From: Piromyces finnis finn
Lineage: Eukaryota; Fungi; Neocallimastigomycota
Direction: 5' to 3'
Assembly: GCA_002104945.1 (NCBI GenBank)
Contig: MCFH01000033.1
Location: 186,001-250,000, forward strand
DNA: 64,000 bases
Shown piece after piece: positions 39,025 through 49,430 of the stretch (position 1 is its first letter; each line of letters starts with the position of its first letter). Position numbers and translations under genes: made by a program. Under the pieces are notes generated by a model that was given only the letters and a program-made list of their open reading frames with translations, was not told the origin of the DNA and did no database searches.

Positions 39025-42000
39025 ATGGAAAATATATTTTGTTGTGGTAAGTTTTCTTTATAGATAAATATAGCAATAATTAACTTATTTTGTTTCATTT
39101 ATTCTATTATATTATAAATATATGTTATTACTATTAATGTTATCATTATTATTATTATTATTAGTAGTAGTAGTAGTAGTAGTAGTAAACATTACTTTAT
39201 AATAAAAATGATATTGTAAATATTTAATTAAATATGAATAACTAAAAAAAAAAGTTTATTAATATTTTATAGACCCACCACTTAATGCTACAAAAGAAGC
39301 CACTGTTGGTTTACCTTTTGAATTCTTTATCATTTTGATAATGTCACCTCAACTTTCATCTGAAATTGATAAAGTACAAGTATATTCTAATTTTATGTTT
39401 GATGATTTAAATAGAAATTATTGGGGTGTTACTGTAAATTTAAGAGAAGATACAAATCCAAGACCTCCAATTCTTGGTTTACCTGTTGACGACAATAAAG
39501 TTATTAGAAGATTCAGAGGTTAGGAATTAAATTCGTTTATTATTAAAAAATATATGAAATATTATCCTGAATGAATGTCTAAATCTATATTATTATTTAA
39601 ATATTCTGTCTATTAATAAATACTATTATCATAAAAATGATATAATATATATATATATTTATATTTATTTATTTTTAATACTATATTAAAAGGTGATTTT
39701 ACTTTTCATAGACCAGGAGAATATGAATTCACATTAAGAGCTACACTAAATGTTCCAGGCAGTAATGATGAACATATTTGGTGGGCAGGAAAAGATGGTC
39801 AAAATGGAAAAATCATTGTTAAACAAGCGTCCAGTAGATATGAAAAAGATATTAAAAGTTTAAATGATGTTTTAATTCCAACAGAACCAATTGAAGTTGA
39901 TTTGACCAAAAATTCAGATCCAAATATTTTATATTCTGGTTTTATGAAAATTCCACTTAATTCTCTTATAGTATCAAAATTCTATCCAGTTGATATGGTA
40001 ATTGATTTAAAACATCAATATATAAAAAAAAAAATCAATATGCTTTATAATACATATTAATAAAAGTTTCATTTTATGTATTATTAATGAATACTAATAG
40101 TTAAATTGGGTTGCTTTTACAAAAGCAAATGATCATTGGATTGAACCAATTTCAAATGATTGCAAATATTTTCAATGGGATAATAAGGATGCAATATTTT
40201 TATTATATCAAAGAACAGATGGTTATTATGTATTTTTAGTTCCAATTAGTAATGATAAAATTACACTTTCATTAACTTCAAGATATCATGATGGAAGTTT
40301 TAATGTTAATACAATATTCAAAAGTTGTGATTATCAAGAGGATAATGTGGTAAATATTGAATAATAGTAAATCTTTCCAATATTTATTTAATATATTACA
40401 AAAAAAAAAAAAAAAAAAGCATTTATAACTTTTAACTTATGATTTACTATTATTTATAGTTAATGTATGTTTCCATTGGAAAATCAAATATTTATAATAT
40501 TATTAATAGTTCAATGGAACAAATTAGCAAAAAATTCTCAAAGAATAATAATATATTTTCTCAAATTATGAATTCCATTAATAATGATGAAACGCCATTT
40601 TGGAAGTCACTCGGTTGGTGTACATGGTAAAAATATAATATTAAAATTCAATTTTTTACTTCATAATTGTGTATATATACATATTATGACTTTTTTAAAT
40701 TAATAATAGAAAATTAAATTAATAAATTTAATTTAATTACTTTTTAAAATTACTCTTAATTATAATAAAGGAATACTTGTTATAAAGATGTTAATGCAGA
40801 TAAAGTAGTTCAAGGATTAAATGAATTCAAAGCATTAAATATTCCAATCGAGTATTTAATTATTGATGATGGATGGCAAAAATATTCAAATAATGATAAA
40901 TTAGAACAATTTGAACCTGATGAAAGCAAGTTTCCAAAGGGATTAGATACCCTTATTACTACTGCTAAAAAAGAATATAATGTTAAATATGTTGGTTTGT
41001 GGCATTCTTTACAAGGTTAAATTTACATAGCATAAAATATTTAAACTATTCTTATTCTTTTTTAAAATTATTAAAATTGATTATTAATTAACTACAATAT
41101 ATTATAAAATAATAGGATATTGGAAGGGTATTAGTCCATCATCACAATTAGCATCTCTCTATAAGACAATTGATATAAATTCGGTTGATTTAACTATAGT
41201 AAGAAGTTCTGAAATTGAAAGATTTTATAATGATTATTATTCATATCTTAAATCACTTGGAATCGATTTTGTTAAAGTAACTATATTATTATAAACTAAA
41301 TGTTATAATAAATAAATATTTAACTTGTTTTCATATAATCAAAATAAAAAGATTGATAATCAAGCATCATTTGATAAAATAATAAACGAATTACCAGATG
41401 GTGAAAATATTCAATGTTGGAAATCTTATCAAGTAATTGTTCACATAATATATTAATTTTTTTTTTTTTCTTTAATAAAATATATTATAAAAATAAAATA
41501 TTTTAAGATTTAATAAAAATAATGATATATAAATTAAAATTAATAATATATATATATAAATTTAATAAAAGAAAGCAATTTGGAATGCATCTATAACAAA
41601 CTTCAACGCTCGAACTATTCATTCAATGGCTCATAGCCCACATATTATATATGATTTAATCGTTTCATTATCCTCTGTTGGAAAAATTCCACATGCCATA
41701 TTTAGAAATAGTGACGACTTTTTCCCAGATGTTGAAGTGACTCATACAAAGCATATTTATACTAATTGTATAAATAATTTATGGAGTTCTACCTTAGGCA
41801 TTAGACCTGATTGGGATAGTATATATCATAAATCATTAGCAAATATTGAAAATATATGTTATAAATTATTAAAAAAAAATATATATATATATAATTAGTG
41901 TTCCAGAGTTATCACAAATATGGTAATTTCCATGCAGCTGCTAGAGCTCTTAGTGGAGGTCCAATTTATATTAGGTAATTCATATATATATATACATAAA

Positions 42001-42045
42001 AAAAAAACTAAATTATATAAATACTAAACTGTTTTTTCATAAAAA

Positions 42046-42087
<42 letters not shown>

Positions 42088-42978
42088 AATAAATAAAAAT
42101 AAAAATAAAAAAAAAAAACAATTGTATGCTAATAATATCAAAATTAATAATTAAAATAATGGAGTGATGAGTTTGGTAAGCATGATCCAAAGGTTTTGCA
42201 TAGATTGTTTATTGGAACAGGAGAAAAAGATGATTCAAAGATTTTAATGTTCGATAAGCCAGCTTTACCATGTGAACGTTCAATTTTCCGTGACCCTAGA
42301 AAAGTTAATCAAAGTCTAAAAATTTTCAATAATACTAAAAATTATTCAGTAATTGGTATGTTTAATTGTATGGACCACATCATTGCTGATTATATTCGCT
42401 TAGCAGATATACCAAATATTGATATACATCATCAAGTATACGGGGTTTATATGTTTAACAATCGTGTAGTTCGTAAATTAAAATTCCTCCAACAAGACAT
42501 TTGGACGATACTTAAACCAACTGAATTTGAATTAGCATGGATTACTCCATTGGATATTCGTCGTTCAACTAGTAGAGCTATTCCATCGCTCGGAATATAT
42601 AATAATCAAACTATTTCAGTATCTGCTGCATGTTTTGGTTTAGTTGATAAATTCAATGGTTGTTTAGCTGTAAATTTCCATGGTTTTACAAGTGAAAATT
42701 ATGGACAAGATTCAGGACCAATCTTTGAAGCTAATCTATCTGCTCGTGGTGTTGTTGGTTTCTTTGTTGATGTAGAAATTGATGGAAACCAAAGAGAAAA
42801 TGTAAATGACTTTATGTCTGTGTTTATTGACGGTGTTCGCGCTCCTGTTGGTTCTGTTATTTATGAAAAGCATTATGCTGCCGCTGCTGGTGGTGGTTTA
42901 CTTTTGGTAGATACAAAATTAGATAATATCAAAGACTCTTTAGATAATATAAATATTGAAATTCACTTCCTTTGTTAA
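39025..42978 (+). CDS. GH36 Sip1 / raffinose-synthase-type alpha-galactosidase or galactosyltransferase (multi-exon)
   Basis: Spliced motifs LGWCTWN, EYLIIDDGWQ, YVGLWHSLQGYWKGI, IDFVKIDNQ (nucleophile D), FRNSDDFFP (acid/base D), PDWDMFQS and HAAARALSGGPIYISD...HD. The start ATG at 39025 (MENIFCC|) is inferred. Confidence 0.9.
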
Positions 42979-43152
42979 ATTAGTAAATTATATACAATTA
43001 AAAAAACGCAAATGCAATACTAATTTCGGTTATAATTATAGTAATAATAATGTGTATTAATAAAATATTTTAAATTATAAAATGAAGTTACATAAATAAA
43101 TAAAAAATAAATAAATAAATAACAATAATAAATTCTTCTTATATAACATCTA

Positions 43153-43163
43153 ATCAACATCAA

Positions 43164-43166
<3 letters not shown>
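43153..43166. repeat. Target-site duplication of copy C, left copy (atcaacatcaacaa)
   Basis: The identical 14-mer directly abuts the poly(T) here and the 5' terminus at 48899-48912. Confidence 0.95.
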
Positions 43167-43209
<43 letters not shown>

Positions 43210-43410
43210 GGCATCAAATATTTTAAACTTTATTATTAATTTAATTAAAATTATAATACATGAAATATAAAAATTAAAATAAAATAAAAATAAAAAAAAT
43301 ATGTTTAAATAAACACAAATGAATAAAAATTGGGTATAATGTATTCTAGTAATTTTAATTAAAGTAAGAAAGCCACTATCATACTAAAGTATAATAATTG
43401 TATTTGACTT

Positions 43411-43473
43411 CCAATGGGACACCGAGCCAAAGATCAAAATTTTGTCATGGAACAAAATTATGATCTCCATTGG
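43411..43473 (-). promoter_or_regulatory. 3' stem-loop overlapping the LINE stop codon (candidate RT-recognition element)
   Basis: Nested inverted repeats ccaatgg/ccattgg, agatca/tgatct and aattttgt/acaaaatt surround a 6-nt loop next to the TGA. Present in A, B, C and the 14279-14388 fragment. Confidence 0.6.
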
Positions 43474-46400
43474 TTGCGCTGGCCCTCCTGGCCTGTCTTA
43501 CTGTTTCTTCAGCATTGACGCTCTTGGATGTTGCTTCAAACCTTTTGAACATTGACCATTGCTGGCCAATAGCAAAAGGCATGATTTTGGTTAGAAGTTC
43601 CGCGGTTACCGTCAAGAATGGTGCTCCTTCATTAGTACCAGATTGAATCTGACGCTTACAAAGTTCTTTCCATTCCCTTGAATTGTAATTGATATTGTTA
43701 AAACTTCTTCCCCCAAGAAGGAATTTAAATATTTTACTGCACACACTAGAATAATCATACACATTAATATTCACCGGATTATTAGAACTATTACTATCAT
43801 TAACTAAATTACTATCTAAATTAGAATTATTATCTTCACTATTGCTATCATTACTAGTATTATTATTTCTATAACTACTATTGTTATTATTACTATTTCT
43901 ATTATTACTATTGTTACTATTACTATTGTTACTATTACTATTGTTACTATTACTATTGTAATTATTATTACTACTAATGTTACTATTACTATTAATGTTA
44001 TTGCTATCACTACTGATATTATCAATTTCATTATTATTGATAGGACTATTGGAATTACGTTGACTGAAAAAATTTAATAGCTGGACTATAGAATCATAAT
44101 GTTTAATACGGATATCTCTAAATGTTGGACAATCTAATAACCAATGTTTAATACTTTGATCTCCACACTTGCAACATGGACAGTAGTTAGGACAAACTGG
44201 ATCAACAAATTTGGCAGCTTTGGCAACTCTAGCATCCAACTTGTATCCGCTTCTTGCTTTCAATAGCCAGTAGAAGCCATAGGCAAACTCTGGGTACTCA
44301 TAACATAATTTAATAAAATCTTTAGTTTCAATAAATTTATTATCATCATAATATTGCGCTTTGATTGAATTCCCTTTGAGATCTTTCCAATAAAAGTTTT
44401 TAACTGCTTTAACATCTCCATGTTTCTTTAATTTTTTATCAAGTGTCCTACTTGATTTGCACCACGTGTATTTTCTAAATTTAGGAATGTAATTGACAAG
44501 GTGTGAGATAATACAATTTGAGTTTTTCCATTTGTTAAAACATCTAACCTGAGCTAACGCACATTTGGCTGACAATGGAGGAATATTCAAATCTTTTGAA
44601 ATAGAGTATAAAGATATAAACGATACAGCTTTATGAACTCCGGCGACCCATCGTATTCCTTTGTTAACATGCTTCTGAGCAATCCTAGACCTAGCTTTGT
44701 TGGATCCAAGTAATGGTGCAAAGTATGAAACTCTGCTAATCACTTGTGAGTTAAGTACTAGTTTTTTGAAAGGAATAGGAATATTAGGATTTCTTAAGAA
44801 TTTACTGACTGAGAAAAGCCCTTTCAAAACCTTGTTATTAAGAGCTTTAATTACTGGTTTAAGGGACAGATTCTTATCAAATGGAACACCAAGATAAGTA
44901 TAACAATCAGTAGTTGGAATGGGTTGTCCTGCTAAGTAAAATGTTGGATCTCTCTTGTTCTGATTTTCTATTGATTCAGGACGAATCACCATCGTTGAAC
45001 ATTTCTGGATACCAAATTCCATTTCATTATACAATGCCCATTCATTAACTCTTCTAAGCATCTTTTTTAAGCATCCTCTTGTTGGAGCACAAATAACTAT
45101 ATCATCTGCAAAAAGTCCACCACAGCATCGAGTGTCACCTAAACTGACTCCTAGATCTTCGCACTCTCTAAATATATCATTAATAAAGAGATTAAAGAGA
45201 ATAGGAGAAAGAGGGCAACCTTGACGGACTCCTTTCTTCACATCAAAAGATTTCGAGAATTGTCCATCTAATTTGACATTAGCCTTAGATGTTAAATATA
45301 AATTTTTGATAAATTGTAGACTCTTACCTCGGATTCCTAAACAATCTAATTTATGGAGAATATTACCGATTGGGACTGAATCGTATGCTTTCCTGAGATC
45401 TAAAAAGGCCAAATATGTCTCTTTATTATCTAATTGACGTCTACGGCATATTTCTTGGATTGAAATGAAAAGACTAATACTTTCTTCCTTTTTTCGAAAA
45501 CCAAATTGTTCAGGTCTAATGAAATTATTCTTTAGACCATATTCTGAGATTCTAGTGGTGACAATTTTGGAAATCAACTTAATACCATTATTGATAAGTG
45601 ATATACCTCGATAGTTATCACAATCTGTCAAATCTCCCTTCTTAGGAATAGAAACAATACTGGATTCATTCCATGAGTTGGGGAAATCTCCATCCCAAAT
45701 ACGGTTGAATAATTTAAGAATAAAATTTAAACCATGAGCATCATTATCTGAAGTAGTATTACCGGAAGAATTATTATCTGTAGCATTATTAGAATCATTA
45801 CTTGATGGAACTAATGCTTTGTAAAATTCAATTGGAATACCATCCGGACCTGATGCTTTATAATTTGGAGTAGTGAGGATAGCTGACTTGACTTCATCAA
45901 TACTAATATCTTGGTTGATATCCCACTCATCAAGCATAGGAAGTGAAAAACGTTTATTCGTTGGTTCTTCATACCAATGCTCCAAATCAAGACTTACACC
46001 ACTTGGGTCTGATGCAAGATTTTCGAAATGATCATGCCACACATCTAGTTGTTCTTCCGTAGCAACAACTAATTCTCCATTTTTATTTTTAATTGGTTGA
46101 GCAATAAAGAAAGAATCTTTTCCAATTTTTGCAGTTTTCTTGATCCATTTCCAGGCCTTCTTAGGATTATGACTCTTCATATACTCACATCCTGTTTTAA
46201 TCCAATGAAGATATTCTTGCTTCCTAAATTCATTACATCTTTTGTGGATGTAATCAATGAGTTTACGGTAGATTTTAATTCTTTTAATAAATTCATCTAT
46301 ATCATAAATTCTTTCTTTTTTAAATCTCTTATACAACTTCATTTTGATTTTTTGGAGATTAAAAATTTGTTGTGAAATATGAAATGAAGACTTTATAACA

Positions 46401-48010
46401 TTATTTGCTGAGGTAATACTGAGCTCGTCTGCAATTGAAAAAGCAGTTGAAGTAAACTCTTTGGAAAGTTCATCTGTAGAAACATTAGGATCGTTGAATT
46501 TTGCTGAAAGTATTTGGAATTTATTATGACTGATAATAGATTCCTTTTCCTCAATACATTTTAATCTATTCCATTTCAGAATTTTCTTAGGAACATTAAA
46601 GTCATTAGAAAAATCTTCCATAGGAATAATTTTACCATTAATAAGAAGTGGCTTATGGTCTGATACAGGATAAAAATTATTTATAAATGATCCTGAGTGA
46701 ATAAGATCTTTCATCTTCGAATTGATAAGAGCATGGTCAATGTCGGAAGATTGATCACCTCGAGTCCAAGAGATAGTAGACCCTCTAAGCGGAAGAATTT
46801 CCCAATCTCCTAATCCATTAGTTGATAACCAGTTGGATAATTTTACTTTAGACATATTAAAATCACCAACAAGAATCGATGGATGGGATGAATGAGTTTG
46901 TAACCACAAGCGAACTTCTAACTTTGCATGATCAACATAGATGTTGTGATGACTATGAGGCATATAAACATTTCCAATCGAGCATTTGAATCTATTCCAG
47001 AGACTAAAAGTATAAATAGAAATAATATACTTTCCAGAGAAGTTTTCAAGTGAGGCTTGACACGAATTGTGAAAACCTAAATATAAACCTCTCATTCCCG
47101 GAACTGATTCGTCAGCTTTCTTGAAAAAGTGTCTATAGTTTCGCAAAGTAACACGACAAGGATAATCTGTATTCGATCCAGAACCATTACCAGTTTCTTG
47201 GAAACATAAAAATAATGGTTTGAAAATAGCTGTGAAATAGCTAATACTATCTCTCTTTTCGTGATTCCACCCATTGGTGTTCCAACTAAGACAAAAAGAA
47301 AAGTTAACAGGCTTGTTGGATGAGGAAGAATCGTTGCTATTATTATTATTATTAAAGTCATCGTTATTAATGGATGATGCATCAGAGGAATAAGTAGAAC
47401 TATTACTAGATGGCTGTGAAACTGAAGAACTATCAACTATTGAACTGTTATCAGAGTTGATAGAGCTATTAGAATTAATTGTTGAATGTTGAGATTGAAA
47501 TTGTGTTTGCTGTAGATCTGGAATATTTTCATGATTGGAAACTTGTTGAAGATCTTGTTGAAGATCTAGTTGAAGATCGGATTGTTGATGAGATTGTTGA
47601 ACTGATTGTTGAAATGATTGTTGAATAGAATGTTGATGTTTATTAGAAACTAAAATTTTACGTTTGAGAGTGGAAAAAGTGTATTTGTGATTCCTTCTAC
47701 TACGAGCTGAAAAGGAAATTGAGGTAACTGAAAGTTTCTTCTTTAACATGTGTAAGATTTTAATACAATCTTTTGATGAACCATGAACCTTGACTAAGAA
47801 AAAGTGATCATTGAAAGTTTGAAAATATTTAACACTAATAACTGAATTAAATTTATCTTCTAGAATAACCTCGAGTTTTTCCCATAGCATATTTACTGAC
47901 CATGATCGAATACCACGGATAAAGAAGGAGCGAATATCATCTAAGGGGATACCATAAGACCGGGTACCACGTCTGATATAATTCTTGTCTTTAATATAAA
48001 GGACTGACAT
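43445..48010 (-). CDS. 1521-aa LINE polyprotein: RRM-like N-terminus, Q/S/N linker, APE endonuclease, reverse transcriptase, CCHC zinc finger
   Basis: APE motifs WNTNG, FQETG, GNVYMP, GDFN, DHAL and SDHKP. RT motifs YRGISL, QFGFR, FLDLRKAYDSV, GVRQGCPLSPILFN, LFADD and YLG. CCHC region CPCCKCGDQSIKHWLLDC. Confidence 0.97.
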   Translation of the reverse strand: MSVLYIKDKNYIRRGTRSYGIPLDDIRSFFIRGIRSWSVNMLWEKLEVILEDKFNSVISVKYFQTFNDHFFLVKVHGSSKDCIKILHMLKKKLSVTSISFSARSRRNHKYTFSTLKRKILVSNKHQHSIQQSFQQSVQQSHQQSDLQLDLQQDLQQVSNHENIPDLQQTQFQSQHSTINSNSSINSDNSSIVDSSSVSQPSSNSSTYSSDASSINNDDFNNNNNSNDSSSSNKPVNFSFCLSWNTNGWNHEKRDSISYFTAIFKPLFLCFQETGNGSGSNTDYPCRVTLRNYRHFFKKADESVPGMRGLYLGFHNSCQASLENFSGKYIISIYTFSLWNRFKCSIGNVYMPHSHHNIYVDHAKLEVRLWLQTHSSHPSILVGDFNMSKVKLSNWLSTNGLGDWEILPLRGSTISWTRGDQSSDIDHALINSKMKDLIHSGSFINNFYPVSDHKPLLINGKIIPMEDFSNDFNVPKKILKWNRLKCIEEKESIISHNKFQILSAKFNDPNVSTDELSKEFTSTAFSIADELSITSANNVIKSSFHISQQIFNLQKIKMKLYKRFKKERIYDIDEFIKRIKIYRKLIDYIHKRCNEFRKQEYLHWIKTGCEYMKSHNPKKAWKWIKKTAKIGKDSFFIAQPIKNKNGELVVATEEQLDVWHDHFENLASDPSGVSLDLEHWYEEPTNKRFSLPMLDEWDINQDISIDEVKSAILTTPNYKASGPDGIPIEFYKALVPSSNDSNNATDNNSSGNTTSDNDAHGLNFILKLFNRIWDGDFPNSWNESSIVSIPKKGDLTDCDNYRGISLINNGIKLISKIVTTRISEYGLKNNFIRPEQFGFRKKEESISLFISIQEICRRRQLDNKETYLAFLDLRKAYDSVPIGNILHKLDCLGIRGKSLQFIKNLYLTSKANVKLDGQFSKSFDVKKGVRQGCPLSPILFNLFINDIFRECEDLGVSLGDTRCCGGLFADDIVICAPTRGCLKKMLRRVNEWALYNEMEFGIQKCSTMVIRPESIENQNKRDPTFYLAGQPIPTTDCYTYLGVPFDKNLSLKPVIKALNNKVLKGLFSVSKFLRNPNIPIPFKKLVLNSQVISRVSYFAPLLGSNKARSRIAQKHVNKGIRWVAGVHKAVSFISLYSISKDLNIPPLSAKCALAQVRCFNKWKNSNCIISHLVNYIPKFRKYTWCKSSRTLDKKLKKHGDVKAVKNFYWKDLKGNSIKAQYYDDNKFIETKDFIKLCYEYPEFAYGFYWLLKARSGYKLDARVAKAAKFVDPVCPNYCPCCKCGDQSIKHWLLDCPTFRDIRIKHYDSIVQLLNFFSQRNSNSPINNNEIDNISSDSNNINSNSNISSNNNYNSNSNNSNSNNSNSNNSNNRNSNNNNSSYRNNNTSNDSNSEDNNSNLDSNLVNDSNSSNNPVNINVYDYSSVCSKIFKFLLGGRSFNNINYNSREWKELCKRQIQSGTNEGAPFLTVTAELLTKIMPFAIGQQWSMFKRFEATSKSVNAEETVRQARRASATNGDHNFVP

Positions 48011-48606
48011 GATAATAAATTCTAATTAAAAATATTGAATATAAAATAAATACTAATAAAAATTATAAATATAACGTATATGGAAAAAAAATCTGTCTCT
48101 CTCTCTCTTCTTAAAAGTACTGGATAGTACAAAAATTGTTACGATGCTTTGTTTAAAGTTTCTTTTTTTGAATTCTAGTTGTAAATTTTCTTTAAAAATT
48201 CTAGTTTTGGTTTGTTGTTAGTAAATTCGAATCGCTTTTTGACACTAAACTTGTTTGACTTTACTTTTCATTAAATATTTAAATTGGTAAAAAATTTGAA
48301 TCAAGAATGTCGACACCAGAAAGCTTGTGAATAGTATTTTTACATGATGTAGAGTGAATCAGTCTCTTACAAGAAACAATACAACAATAGCTACATGAAT
48401 ATAAAAATACAATGCAAATACTAAAGTTGACTACATTGGATTCTTACAAGAGAAGAGTAGTACTACATGAATACATGAATAAAAGAAAAAATACAGCAAC
48501 AAAATGTATTACTCTTCTAATTAAATACTATACAAACTTGCCTGAATATCAAACATTCAACTTATTCATCAAATACTTAATTCGATGAATAAAATGTTTT
48601 TTAATC

Positions 48607-48898
48607 GCTCAGTACCATGAGCTTAGTCCTAATAATTTTCCCTTAAAGACTAACCAAGCATCCATTGCGCAATGCTTGGATTTAATTCTTTCTACTCTCT
48701 CAGTACCATGAGCATGAGTAGACCCCCTTGATAAACTCCATTATTAAATAAATGAAGGCACGTTCCTAAGAGGGCACCAAGCATCCATTGCGCAATACTT
48801 GGATTTAATTCTTTCTACTCTCTCAGTACCATGAGCATGAGTAGACCCCCTTGAGAAACTACATTTATTTAATAAATGAAGGCACGTTCCCAAGAGGG
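48607..48898 (-). repeat. 5'-terminal 124-nt structured tandem repeats of copy C (2 full units plus a partial variant)
   Basis: Units at 48898-48775 and 48774-~48653, with a partial variant to ~48607. Each unit has three inverted-repeat hairpins. Confidence 0.9.
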
Positions 48899-48912
48899 AT
48901 CAACATCAACAA
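48899..48912. repeat. Target-site duplication of copy C, right copy
   Basis: atcaacatcaacaa, identical to 43153-43166. Confidence 0.95.
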
Positions 48913-49430
48913 AACATTTTCATATTAATAAAAAAAAATTCAAATTTATACAATATTATATTTCATATCAATTCCTATTTTTTCAATTTAGCATTCTTTT
49001 TTTTAATAAATATTTTCTTTTTCTAAATTTTATTTCTTTGCTAATTTATATATTTTTATATGGAAAAAAAAGTTTATTTATTTATTTTATTTATATTTTA
49101 TTTTCAGTATTTCTTAATAATTTATAGGAATAAATAAACGTTATTCAATAAAACAAATAAAAATTTCTTTTTTTTTTTTTTTTGTTGTTGCTGTATTTTA
49201 TCGTTTTGTTAAATTATTATAAATTAAAATTTATTTGATTTTTATTATTTTTTTATTGTTTTATTATAAAATTACGAAAAAAAAAAAAAGAAAAACTCTT
49301 TTTATTTTGAAATTCTATTATTATATTATAAATATTATTTATGGAAATATTATTTGTTATTTTTTTTTAATTTTATTATGATTTATATTATTATTAGTTT
49401 ATTTTTAACATTTTATTAAAAAAAAAAAAA

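Larger units (their letters stand above)
43167..48898 (-). mobile_element. Non-LTR retrotransposon copy C, intact, full length (5732 bp), 14-bp TSD
   Basis: 40-nt poly(T) at 43167-43206, AATAAA (minus strand, 43229-43234) 22 nt before the tail, 238-nt 3'UTR, single 4566-nt ORF, 888-nt 5'UTR and a perfect TSD. Confidence 0.97.

Noticed and set aside
43411-43495. HDV-like words (aatgggac, ggccctcctggcc) on the plus strand near the LINE 3' end
   Set aside because: The words are in the wrong order and on the antisense strand; no P1/P1.1/P2/P3 nesting can be built. The region is explained by coding sequence plus the 3' hairpin.
15860-47436. Recurrent short ORFs antisense to or overlapping the LINE ORF (MLDPSNG..., MSNKERIF..., MIVLQFH...)
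   Set aside because: They recur only because the element is repeated; they are shadow frames of the polyprotein.
48810-48850. Hammerhead-like order GUC-stem-CUGAGAGA-GUA-GAAA in the 5' repeat
   Set aside because: The core is CUGAGAG rather than CUGANGA, stem II is absent, stem III cannot form (GAAAG opposite GUC), and cleavage there would not produce the observed 5' terminus.
14387-48898. Apparent mosaicism/recombination among copies A, B and C
   Set aside because: With three sequences, the alternating A=C and B=C sites are what lineage-private substitutions produce; no clear block structure was seen.
48607-48898. 5' repeats or ankyrin repeats as a CRISPR-like array
   Set aside because: No unique spacers, eukaryotic context and no cas genes.
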